Of a DNA stretch of 60,083 bases, positions 12,584-23,900 are shown in pieces. A program made the translations under genes and the position numbers. Position 1 is the first letter of the stretch, and each line of letters starts with the position of its first letter. Below the pieces are notes generated by a model that was not told the origin of the DNA, did not search any database, and saw nothing but the letters and a program-made list of their open reading frames with translations. The stretch is from Octopus bimaculoides (Eukaryota): NCBI RefSeq assembly GCF_001194135.2, contig NC_068981.1, positions 183,906,959 through 183,967,041 of the forward strand, read 5' to 3'.

Positions 12584-12830
12584 CATGGCCTAGCGGGTAG
12601 GGTTTTGCACTCACGATTGCAAGATTGTGGTTTCAATTTCTGGGACGAGTGGTGCGTTGTGTTCTGGAGCACTTCGCATTGCTCTGGGATCGCTTCGACA
12701 TTTGACGTGTGGTACACCGTGCATCTGTTCAGACAACGTCGATGTGATGGATGGAGTGAGCTAATGTATCGCACAAACATTTAATCATTATAAACAAATC
12801 ATTTGTGCTGATTGTTTGGCAAAAGAAATT
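12584..12830 (+). mobile_element. SINE family C variant
   Basis: tRNA-like head ggcctagcgggtagggttttgcactcacgattgcaag; related copy at 32893. Confidence 0.7.
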
Positions 12831-13868
12831 GCGGAATCGTCTTTTTCTGACCAAACACACGCACACACATATATATTATAGAATATGAATGAGCGATATT
12901 CTTGATTTAAAATTTCTACAATTGTTTCGATACATTTTGAGTATATTGTTGAGATATTGTGTTTTCATTATCATGTATCCAAGGAAAATGCGCTTCATCA
13001 AGTATTTTCATTCGCCCTCTCGTCATTTCACTACCATCATTATATATATATATATATATATATACGACATAAATGAGTGTATGTGATATATGTTGAATAT
13101 GCCACGGAAAGGCATGCGTCCTCAAGAAAAGCAGATTAAATTTTCAAAATCTACATCCCAAATCAAAATTTTTCTACAAGAAACAACTCAACTCGTAGGT
13201 TGACAAATCTCCCACTCTGTCTGTCTGGCTTTCTCTTTCTCTTATGCCTTCCCCTCTCTATATATTTACTACACTCTCTCACTCAGTCTGTATATGTATA
13301 TCTCTCACTCATGCTTCCCTCCCTCTCTCTCTCTCTCTAGATATATATATGTGTGTGTGTGTGACATGTAATTGCTTTCATTTTGTTTAAAACTTCATCC
13401 ATTCTAATGTTTGCTTTCATTTTATGATAGGCAGCTATCATGCAGAAAATGCTAGCTTCCAAATTCCGTTTTCTAACTGGATAAAAATGATCAAACTTTA
13501 AACCTCTAACATTTTCCCAAAATGTTTTTCTGGAATAATTGAATCACTAAATCTGATTCAGCTTGAAAAAGTACATCAATATACCAAATTTGAAAATTTT
13601 CACTCAATTTCAAAATCTGTGACAGCAAAGGTCTTAATGGAGCCCTAGCTGCACTATTCTTGGGGAAGGGAAGATAAGTTGTCAACAATGGACGTTATAA
13701 TTTTGGTTGGAATGCATTTGATCAAAGGTTTCTTCTGTTTAAAGTTAATTTGGGTTAAACTACCATTCCCCAACCGTTTTCCCCACGGACCTTGACAAAG
13801 CACAATAAAGTGCATGATATATAATTTAATTATTACATATGTAATTACATCAGCATTATGTACATATA

Positions 13869-14082
13869 CGAGTGAGTGCCGAAAAGTTGCTGGCTTTGGG
13901 TAAAAGAAAATACAGGATCAGTTAATTATGATTTTATTGAACATACTCCCCTCTCAGATTCACACATTTATTGCAGCAGTCCTTCACTTTTTCTAAGCTC
14001 TGTAAAAGAACTCAGAAGGTTGGGCCTCCAAACAAGCCTTTTGCGATACCCTTAAAGCCAGGAACTTTTCAGCACCCCTTCG
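13869..14082. mobile_element. mariner-type MITE (214 bp)
   Basis: TA-flanked; TIR cgag..gccgaaaagttgctggctt / aagccaggaacttttcagcacccttcg; second copy in opposite orientation at 25400-25607. Confidence 0.85.
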
Positions 14083-14258
14083 TATCACGCAAAAACACCC
14101 AGCGGATTGCAATAGTCAATAAAATAGAAATAGAATTTAAACATCTTCTCTGTGTGGCTCGTTGGTTGGGGTCCTAGGATTAAGCAACGCATTTAACATA
14201 AATTGCATGTTTATGATACAAACACACACAAACAATTATTTGTCGATTTGGATTTTTC

Positions 14259-14801
14259 AAAAACGGGGGCCACATTTTTCATTAACGAAACACTTTGAAA
14301 CTTGGAACACTGGCATAATGTGTCATATAAAACCTCTTTTTCTCTTAGTCTTCTTAAAAAAAAAGAAATCCATAAGTTATTCCATGTGAAAGTTGTATTT
14401 CTGTAATTTCAACCAATCACTGACGTCCATTCAGCCGATATACATTAAGTGCCGACTACATAAACAAACGATTCTGAAACAATTAACCCTAACCCTAACC
14501 TTAGGGTTAGGGTTAGGGTGAAAGCAAATTTAAAATGAAAAAAGCAAATAAAACGAAGGTATGGAGATTAAATACGCTTTACATCGCTTAATCAGCCAAA
14601 GGAGTAAATGTAAACAACTGAATACTTGTCAGTGATTGGTTGAAATTATCGAAATAAGACAATTTTTTACATGAAATAAATTCGAATACAAAAATATTTT
14701 TCTGTTCTATAACACAAAATAGATAAGTATACGAAGTTTGAAAGTCTTTCCGTACCAAAAACACTACGTAAAACATTAATGAAAAATGTGGCCCCCGTTT
14801 T
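14259..14801. mobile_element. Foldback element with a central telomere-repeat palindrome
   Basis: Inverted arms aaaacgggggccacatttttcattaa / ttaatgaaaaatgtggcccccgtttt and aatttcaaccaatcactgac / gtcagtgattggttgaaatt; centre taaccctaaccctaacc-ttagggttagggttaggg (14484-14518). Confidence 0.75.
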
Positions 14802-17498
14802 AAAATAGATCCGTCGATTTTGTTCAGTTATGAAATAACTGAATATTTTTGATAACATTATATGTGGGGTGGGAGAAAACTTTTACTTCCATAATTCGTA
14901 ACTAAATTTAAATGTTTTCTTTTTTTGTAATTTTAAATATTAATTTCGTTAAAAGGTACAACCCCCCCCCCCCTCATAACTCTTGTTTTCCACCATTTAA
15001 TGAAAGTGAAAAACATTTTGTTTCTAGTAGTTTTTAAAAAATATTACGCCATTTCAACCTGTACAGTTGAACATGTTTCTATGTACCTTGAGTACGTACA
15101 GTGTGTTAGTTTCGTTTTATATTGCCCTAATGTATATTAATAGATCTATGGTTGGGAGATTGTGCGTTAAATGACAGGTGTGACCCAGTGATTCATGCTT
15201 TCAGACTGCACACGCCTTCGCCTGGCACCTACGTTCTTATATGACATGCAACTGTGGTTAGTTGTATGTGGTGCAGTGTTTGCAGTCTAGGCACAGTGTA
15301 TTGTTTTCATTTTTTCACGCTTTCAGTAAACCTCGTTTCGATGCAGATCATCCCCGATCAAGTAGGCTTATTTGTTATCAAAGACGTTCCAGCTCAGACT
15401 TTTATTGTCTTTTTAACAATGAAGAGAGTACACCGTGCCTGGAATGCAAATACTGCACGTCATGCAATTAACCATTGCATTCAGTCCAAATATCTGAAAG
15501 AGAAAAAAGAAGACTTAGTGGGTTTTACGTGTCGTTCGACGGTCACGTTCGTGTCATTGATCTCTCAACACATTGGAACTATACAAATCCAAAACACTGT
15601 ATGTATATGTGGTACGTGCATGCTTATGCTCGGCTGAATTAAGCCGTGTAACGAAGTAACACAATAAACAGAGAAAAAAAAAGAAAGAAAACACTGGAAA
15701 AATATTTAATAAACCTTTTCTACGATGTGATGTGATTTTTACATTGAGCGAAAACCTGATAAATCCATGTATTCTTACAACAAATTTTAACAATGCTATT
15801 TAAAATTATATGTATATTAGAGAGAGACAGAGAGAGCTAATTTGTGGTGTAAAATCACAATTATCAGTTAAAGTCAGTTATTTAACATTTATGAAAATAA
15901 AATAAAAGAAGATTGTTTTCCTACTCCCAGATATGGTAACGTTGTTTAAGTTTACGAAAATTTCCAGTTGTTAGTGCCTAATTTGCATAACTGAATCAAA
16001 TTAACATTGATCTGTAGATCACACCTGTTGTTTAACGGTCTACTTTCGCGCCAAACTATATGTCGATAAATACATCTGTGTACTGCCTTTATGGCAAATT
16101 GAATGAAATACACTTGGTCAATACAAAACTAAAAACCAAAGAGTGTACACCTCCGAGATACATAGAGAGAGCTTTGTATAACGAAAACAAAAAAGAAAAT
16201 AATTTTAATAAGCTTTTTTTCGTAATTTTCATTATATTTTCAGGCATTCTTTCGTTGACAAGTTTACTGCTTCTAATGAAAGAATACCTATTTTCTGAAG
16301 TTGAAAACCTAATAATACATTTTTAAAGCATATTTTAATAAAACTAATGCTAGACAAAAAATACTGCCAATTTGAAATGAGATAAATTTGGTATTTTTCT
16401 AATATGAAGCAATTGTCCTTTAAAGTTAGTTTACCGTATTTGGTAGGACATAAGGACGCACTGTTTACAAAACAATATTTCCAAAAATCACCCCGGGTCC
16501 TATATGCGAAGTTGTCCCTTCCATAAGATTTAATGCATCGAAATCTTTTCCTTTTGATTATGCACTGCTGAAATAGGGAAGCGCCCGTGCATATTTTATG
16601 TCATCATTTCACAATTACGGAAATAAAAATTTGATTCCCACAACGAGTAATAACGATGTTTTAAATTTTTGAAAACGTTCAGATGTTAATGTTTTATTAT
16701 ATAAAACATAAACAGAAGTGCAGTTTATTAGATTATCTTTGATTTCATGAACATTCTATGAAATTGTCTCAAAAGAAAAAGAGTCTTGATTTGATAGTCA
16801 CTTTTTAATGCTAAGCCATGAACATAAATAAAATGGTTATGTTAGCTATATTGCAAAACAAAAAAGAAATTTTGATTTTTAAAGTTTTCACAATATCGTG
16901 AAAACAATCACATTTATCTAATTCCACCAAACCAAGTTATGTAAAAATAACTTCCGTGTTTTACTAAAATATATTACTGCTAGCCCAAGCATTTTCACAG
17001 CATTCATTTTACTATCTTTATTATTTTTTCATTTACCTAAGCAATCACTATTTCATTTTCCCACAATAATAGCTCTTAAACCTGACAAGGCTTCCCATGA
17101 ACCTAGCAATTTCGTTGAATTTAGGCTTAACATATTGAAGCTTTCATAGGACAGGCACTAATAAGTTTCCTGATTTCATGTGTTCCAATTAAATCAAATA
17201 CTTCATCTTTATTAATTACACTTGCAAAATTTGCAGTGAGCCAAACCAGTATTTTGTTCAGCAGCAACTAAACCAGTTATAATAAATTATTTTAAACAAG
17301 AACCATGTGGTTGGGGAAGCAAACTTCGCTCACATTCTCAAAATTCGTTTACTCCATAAATGAACAGCAAAAGATATGTGAGGTGTGAAAGATGAAACAA
17401 GAAGGGATTAATTCCAACCAAGTAGGCTATGGCAGGATTTGAACCCAGAATGCAAAGGATTAGAACAAGGCATAGGTGTGGTGATGTTCCAGGTTCAG

Positions 17499-18711
17499 GC
17501 GTAGGTGTGGTGGTGTGGTTACAGGTTCAGACCCACTGTATGGTACCTTGGGTGTCTCTCACTATAGCCTTAGGCTGACCAAAGCATTGCGAGTGGATTT
17601 GGTTGATGAAAACTGGAAGAAACATCTTGTATGTATGCATGTACGAGGTCTGGTCAGTAAGTATCCGGAATGTTGCCATAGCAACGAAGCTAAAGCATGC
17701 AGAGTGAAGCCGCTTGGCAAAGATTGACATAGTGTGCATGCACAGCAGAGTTCAGTTTTAGCTCACTTCTGGTGTTTACAGCAGTACTTGGAAGGAGGGT
17801 GTGTAGCGTGTGATCATCGCATTGACCATGACAGAGAAAGTTGTTATAGCAATACCTGCTCAGAGGCCTACACAAAGTTGCAGAAAGTGTATTGAGAGGA
17901 GTGTATGAGTGGTTCAGACATTTCCAAGATGGTCAAAAAGTGTCGGTATTGACAAACGTTCTGGGAGATCTGCAACCAGCAGAACTGAGAAAAACATCGC
18001 AAATGTGCATGCAGCTGTGAGGGGAAATCATCAAATCGCCATCCATGAGTTATCAGGGGATGTGCAGATTAGTTAAGGTTCAGTTCAGTCCATTATCACT
18101 GAAAATTATTGTATGAGACACGTGTCTACCAAGTTTGCGCTAAAACTGGTTTCAACTGACCAAAAAGATACTCGGGTTCCAGTTGCACAAAATCTCCTTG
18201 ATTGTGTAGAGAATGATGAAAACGTTTTTGAAAACTATGTGCAGGCCTCTGAACAGGTATCGCCAAGCTTTTGGCAAAATTGATGCCGATTCTTTGCTCA
18301 ACTTCCTCTGTCATGGTCAATACGACGATCACACGCTACACACCTTCCTTCCAAGCTCTTCCGTAAACTGTGGAAGTGAGCTAGAACATTAAAACTTACT
18401 GCACATTCACAACAGAGTTCAAGGTCAATCTGTGCCAAGCGGCATCACTCTGCGTGCTTTAGCTTCATTATTATGACAACAGTCCGGATACTTATTGATC
18501 AGACCATGTACGTGTTTCTCTCACCACCAATGTTGCTTTATGTCTCCATAACTTAATGGTTCAGTAAACAAGATCAATAGAATCAGTACCAGGCTTTAAA
18601 AAGAAAATAAGTCCTGGGGTTGACTCACTCAACCGAAACACTTCAAAACAGTGCCCCAGCATGGCTGCAGTCAAATGACTGAAAAAATATAAAAACAAAT
18701 AAACACTGCAA
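17499..18711 (+). mobile_element. SINE family A copy split by the mariner element
   Basis: 5-prime half 17499-17641; 3-prime half 18511-18711 resumes after the TA. Confidence 0.8.
17644..18508. mobile_element. Rearranged mariner element: 5-prime end duplicated as long inverted arms around a partial, dead transposase
   Basis: TA at 17642-43 and 18509-10. Internal remnant VYEWFRHFQDG..DKRSGRSATS..MRHVSTKF matches the mariner HTH region. The transposase start MTE(K/E)VE is present on both strands. Confidence 0.88.
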
Positions 18712-19087
18712 GGCATTCAGTTTGGTGTTCTTCCAATCAATCTACCACCCCGTCATGGTCCCTTTTTAAACTGTACCTTTAGAATGAAAGGTACACTTGA
18801 CCTAACTAGAAATTAACTAAATTGGCAACCCTGAGGCTACAATTACTTAAAGCAGGAATTTCACTTAAAAATGCGAAGTCAATGTTCATATACTTAGTGT
18901 TGTGAATCAAGAATTTTTAATTAAAATTACACCAATGGAAAGAAGAAATGAAACATTAGCTTGTATTGTCATCCCTGTTCTTTTGACTAGAATTAAGTTA
19001 ATGATTTTTCCTTTCTCTTTCAATGAAAGTATGTTGACACTTCTACTTAATCTGTAATTTTCTGATTTTACAAGACTAATAATTCCT

Positions 19088-19451
19088 TTATTACCTCTGC
19101 CTTAGCAAAGGTGGAGGTATTGTTCTCAGTCGTGTTTGTTTGACTGTGGACAAGATATCTTAAAAACTGCTGGATTGATTCGGATGAAACTTTCAGGGAT
19201 ATTTGGGCTAATGACTGGCACAAACTGATTAGATTTTGGGATTGATCTGGTACAGGACAAAGATTCTGGATTATTTTTCCTGTTTTTTTTTACTTAATTT
19301 TTGAGAGAAGTCAGGTTAATTTTTAGTATTCTTGTTTGTGAGAGCTGTCAAGTTTATTTCAGATATTCTCATTTTAAAAATCATCTCTGGCTAATCGTTG
19401 AGGATGTTGGTGTTTCCTTGGTGGAGGTTTGTGCTCTCTGAGTGCTAGTTT
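19088..19451 (+). mobile_element. Non-autonomous Helentron/DINE-like element
   Basis: Begins ttattacctctgcc..ggtggaggt and ends ggtggaggtttgtgctctctgagtgctagtt (sub-terminal inverted repeat, T-rich ends). Family pattern recognised from memory. Confidence 0.6.
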
Positions 19452-19519
19452 ATCTTTGTCATTACTTATCAAACATTTCTCCAGTGTTCCCTAAACCATG
19501 TGAAGTTATAGAACTATGA

Positions 19520-19830
19520 AGGCGCAATGACTCAGTGGTTAAGTGTCAGGCTCACAGTCATGAGGTGGTGAGTTTGATTCCCAGACCGGGCTATGTGTTG
19601 TGTTCTTGAGCAAGACACTTTATTTCATGTTGCTCCAGTTCACTCAGCTGCAGAAATGAGTTGTGACATCACTGGTGCCAAGCTGTATTGGTCTTTGCCT
19701 TTCCCTTGGATAACATCAGTGGCATGGAAAGGGGATGCTGGTCATCCACAAACAGCCTTGCCCGGACTTGTGCCTCAAAGGGGAACTTTTGAGGCGCACC
19801 CTGTGGTCATTCATGACAAAAGGGATCTTC
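19520..19830 (+). mobile_element. SINE family C
   Basis: ggcgcaatgactcagtggttaag head, gtttgattccc B-box-like sequence, shared body. Confidence 0.75.
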
Positions 19831-19995
19831 TTCATTCATTACAGAATTAGCTTTGGATGGGACATAAACCTCATGGTTTATTTAACCAGTAGTAATTAAG
19901 TTTACTAAAAGGGATCTTCTTCATTCATTACAGAATTAGCTTTGGATGGGACATAAACCTCATGGTTTATATAACCAGTAGTAATTAAGTTTACT
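19818..19995. repeat. 89-bp tandem duplication (1 mismatch)
   Basis: 19818-19906 versus 19907-19995. Confidence 0.9.
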
Positions 19996-20544
19996 TCTGT
20001 AAGGTTTTATTGAGTAGAATGAAAAACTTTAAGGGTATTTAGGTGGTTAATTCAGAGAATTCTATAAGATGTTTTTTTATTATTTTGGAACAAAAGAACA
20101 TAATTTTGAGGAAAGTTGTGGGAGTAAAAATAAAAAGTAGGAATGCTCAATTGAATTAAGGAATTACCTAGAGCACTTTTGCTTTTGACATTTTTGAGAA
20201 GATACTGAAGGATATTAAAGTGAAATTAATTTGGGTTTTTATTACTATTAGCATTAAATTACCCAATCAATAAATGTTCTATTGTTATCCTTACAATCCT
20301 TTATAATTTTGGTACGAGGCCAGCAATTTTAAGGAGAGAAGTTTTTCACATTGACTCAGGTGCTTAACTGTTATTTTATTAATCCTGAAAGATAAAAGGC
20401 AAATTTGACTTCAGAATGTAAAAGCAGAAGAAGTCATTTTGACTGGTATTTTAACAATTCTGCCAACTTGCCGCCTTTTTAAAATTGATTTAATTCTTGT
20501 TTTCATCTGTCTCTAATAATATCCCTTTTTTTAGGAATATATAT

Positions 20545-20604
20545 ATGGCTATGTCTAGCTGTTCCATGCTGACCAATGAAATGAATTTGACCCACCAACG
20601 ATGA
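20545..20604 (+). promoter_or_regulatory. 19-codon upstream ORF overlapping the CCDC85 start codon
   Basis: MAMSSCSMLTNEMNLTHQR*; four in-frame ATGs; stop TGA 20602-20604 overlaps ATG 20601-20603. Confidence 0.55.
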
Positions 20605-20972
20605 CCTCAAACCTAATATCAAAAAGTAGGATTGCCGAAGGAGATCCTCGTCACAAGAGCCATGAAGAAGTATTACACATGGTACAGCAGCTGCAATCAG
20701 AGAACAAAAACTTGATGCTCAACCATGACACCATGGTAAAGGACATCAACCGACGACTACAGGTGCACTTGATGGAGATCCGAGGTCTGAAGAGCGTCAA
20801 CCAAAAACTGCAGGATGACAATCAAGAGCTGCGAGACCTGTGCTGCTTCTTGGATGATGAGCGCCAAAGTGGCAAGAAGTTGGCTAAAGACTGGCAGAAG
20901 TTTGGTCGGTATACAGCCAGTGTGATGCAGACTGAGGTGATGAACTACCACGAAAAATTACGAGAACTTGAG
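20601..20972 (+). CDS. CCDC85C: CCDC85C-like coding exon 1 (124 codons, phase-0 donor)
   Basis: ATG at 20601 with an in-frame upstream TGA at 20577; acceptor ttttttttag at 20534; donor GAG|gtaggt at 20973; N-terminal coiled coil. Confidence 0.93.
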
Positions 20973-23900
20973 GTAGGTTTGTGTCTTGACTTTCCATGTG
21001 TTTAACCCCAGGTCATTTCTAATAAGTTGATCTTTGGAAGAAAGGTATTCATCATCATCATCGTTGTCATCATTTAATGTGTTTCCCATACTGGCATGGA
21101 CTGGATGGTTTGATAGGGAGCTGGCAAGCTGAATGACTGCACCAGGCCCCAGTCATCTGTTTTGGCACGGTTTCTGCTACTGGATGCCCTTACATGGTGC
21201 TGGCACAAATGCTTTTTACATGATGCCAACACAGGTGCGTTTATAATGTAATCATTGCATCTCTTTGAAAATCTTGGGTCTACATTATCCAATGTTACAT
21301 TATTTTAAGCTAGTAAAACACTATTTTCCTGCATACAATGTAGTATGAAGTGTAAATATGTAGTGCAAACCTTATCACTATCTTTCCAAGGCCTGCTTCA
21401 TTTCCCATGGAATTTAGGGCTTTCTAAAGTCGTCTTGGTGTATAAGTCAACCTGCCATTTTTGGCTGTAAATTTCAGTCTGAAAATTTTAACTTGTATGC
21501 CGGAAAATACAGTACAATTAGTGGGAGATTGACAAGTTTCCATACAGTTTCTGTCAACCAAATCCAATCACAAGGTTTTGGTTGGCCCAAGGCTTACGTA
21601 GAATGCAATTGGTCAAGGTGCCATGGCTTCTTAATCAGTCTTGTCTGTGCCCAGAAGTATACCATTAATATTACTGGATTAGTAGGATTAAATTAGGCTA
21701 AGTGAATTATTAATTACTCTTTGTTTAAACAGCGAGAGACAACAATTTGTCTTTTATTTTGCAATTCAAATCCTATGTTTTCTTTTACTTGTTTCAGTCA
21801 CTGCTCTGTGGCCATGCTGGAGCACTTCATTGGAGGGTTTTAGTCAAACAAATCAAATCCCGTGGAATTATTTACATTTGACGGATATTTGTCCTCATCA
21901 AGTTCATTTCCAGGCAGTGACCTGAATAATAATAATAATGACAATAATAGTAATAATAACAACATTGAAAAATACTTTAGGAATGAGAACCCAGGTTCGA
22001 AATTTCCCCAAGACACCTGATGAAGGTTGGAGGGTATATCAGCCAAAATGTTGAGATGAGGACAAATATGTCAAATGTAAATAATGTAAATAAATCCAAT
22101 CCCATTTCTTATATTTTTTTAAGTCTCAAATGTAAAGCTTGAGCATTCAGTCCTCGATTTTTGTTTTTTCAATTTTGATTTCTGTTCCATTTTTATTATT
22201 TGTGTTGTTATCTTTTAAGATGAAACAAGAAGAACTGATTAAAGATAACTTGGAAATGCAAGAATTGTGTCTTTACATGGGCCGAGAACATTTGTTTGAC
22301 AACGACAGAGATGATGGAGATGGCAGCAGTAATGGGACAACAGGAGGCAATGAGAAAATTGAAGAAGTCAACCAAACTCAGACTCCATCCGGTGACCAGT
22401 CAGGACAAAACTGTAAGTTTTCATCAATGGAATTTTATAGAAATATATAAATCTTTGTCCAAAACATCATATTTCTTTATGTAAAAGTAATGTTACATAC
22501 TTTGGTATTGTCAAGCAAGCAAAGGAGCATCTTTGCAGTTTCCTGGTCTTTTATCTTTTACTTGTTTCAGTCCTTAGACTGTGGCCATGCTGGGGCACTG
22601 CCTTGAAGAATCTTGGTCCAGCAAATTGACCCCAGAATTTTTTTTTTTTTTTCCAAGCCAGGTACTTATTCTGTTAGTCTTTTTTACCAAACCACTATGC
22701 TACAGGAATGTAAAAAACACACCAACATCAGTTGTCAAATAGTGGTGAGAGACACAATTTATATACATGACAGGCTTCTTTCAGTTTCCATCTACCAAAT
22801 CCACTCACAAAGCTTTGGCTGGCCCAAGGCTATTGTGGAAGACATTTGCCCAAAGTGTCATAGTGTGACTGAACCCAGAACCATGTGGCTGGGAAGCAAA
22901 TTTCTTACCACACAGCCATGCCTATTAGAAATAGCAACCAAATCCTCAGGTTACACCCTGTCATCATAAAAAATCAATGGTATGAACAATGTAATCATAG
23001 ACATAAAAACAACAGACAGGGTGGTCGTGGTTGGAAACTTTTGATCATGGGTCAACTCAATCTGGGTTGATCTAGAGCTAAATACTTGACCTTGCTCATC
23101 TTGAATTCTGGAGGCTGGATTTTATTGATGTTAGGCACCCAACCATAGAAACCATGCCAAAGCAGGCATTGGAGCTCAGTTCAGTCTTTGGACATATCTG
23201 ATCTTGTCAAACCACTCAACCCATGCCAGCACAACATTGAACATGCTGGCATGGTTTGGACAGTTTGACCAGGGCTGGTAAGCTGAGGGGCTGCACCAGC
23301 CTCCAGTCTGATTTGGCATGGTTTCTGCTGCTGGATGCCCAGACACATATTCGTAAGTAAGGATTTAGTGTCACACAAAGCTCTTTTACTTCTTTCAGTC
23401 ATTTGACTGCGGCCATGCTGGGGCACCACCTTTAGTCGAGCAAATCAACCCCGGGACTTATTCTTTGTAAGCCCAGTACTTATTCTATCGGCCTTGTTTT
23501 GCAGAACCGCTAAGTGACGGGGACATAAACACACCAGCATCGGTTGTCAAGCAATGCTAGGGGGACAAACACACACACACATATATATATACATATATAC
23601 GACGGGCTTCTTTCAGTTTCCGTCTACCAAATCCACTCACAAGGCTACAGTAGAAGACACTTGCCCAAGGTGACACGCAGTGGGACTGANNNNNNNNNNN
23701 NNNNNNNNNNNNNNNNNNNNNNNNNNNNNNNNNNNNNNNNNNNNNNNNNNNNNNNNNNNNNNNNNNNNNNNNNNNNNNNNNNNNNNNNNNNNNNNNNNNN
23801 NNNNNNNNNNNNNNNNNNNNNNNNNNNNNNNNNNNNNNNNNNNNNNNNNNNNNNNNNNNNNNNNNNNNNNNNNNNNNNNNNNNNNNNNNNNNNNNNNNNN

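Noticed and set aside
14484-14518. Relic of a telomere-telomere fusion
   Set aside because: A fusion gives (TTAGGG)n(CCCTAA)n; this site has the opposite order, is very short, and sits inside an inverted-repeat element.
15241-15275. SECIS element in the 15.2-kb hairpin
   Set aside because: ATGA is present, but the apical AA and 3-prime GA quartet are missing and no selenoprotein gene lies upstream.
15254-15637. 127-aa ORF as a gene
   Set aside because: Starts at GTG, has no recognisable motif or splice context; more likely UTR or promoter sequence.
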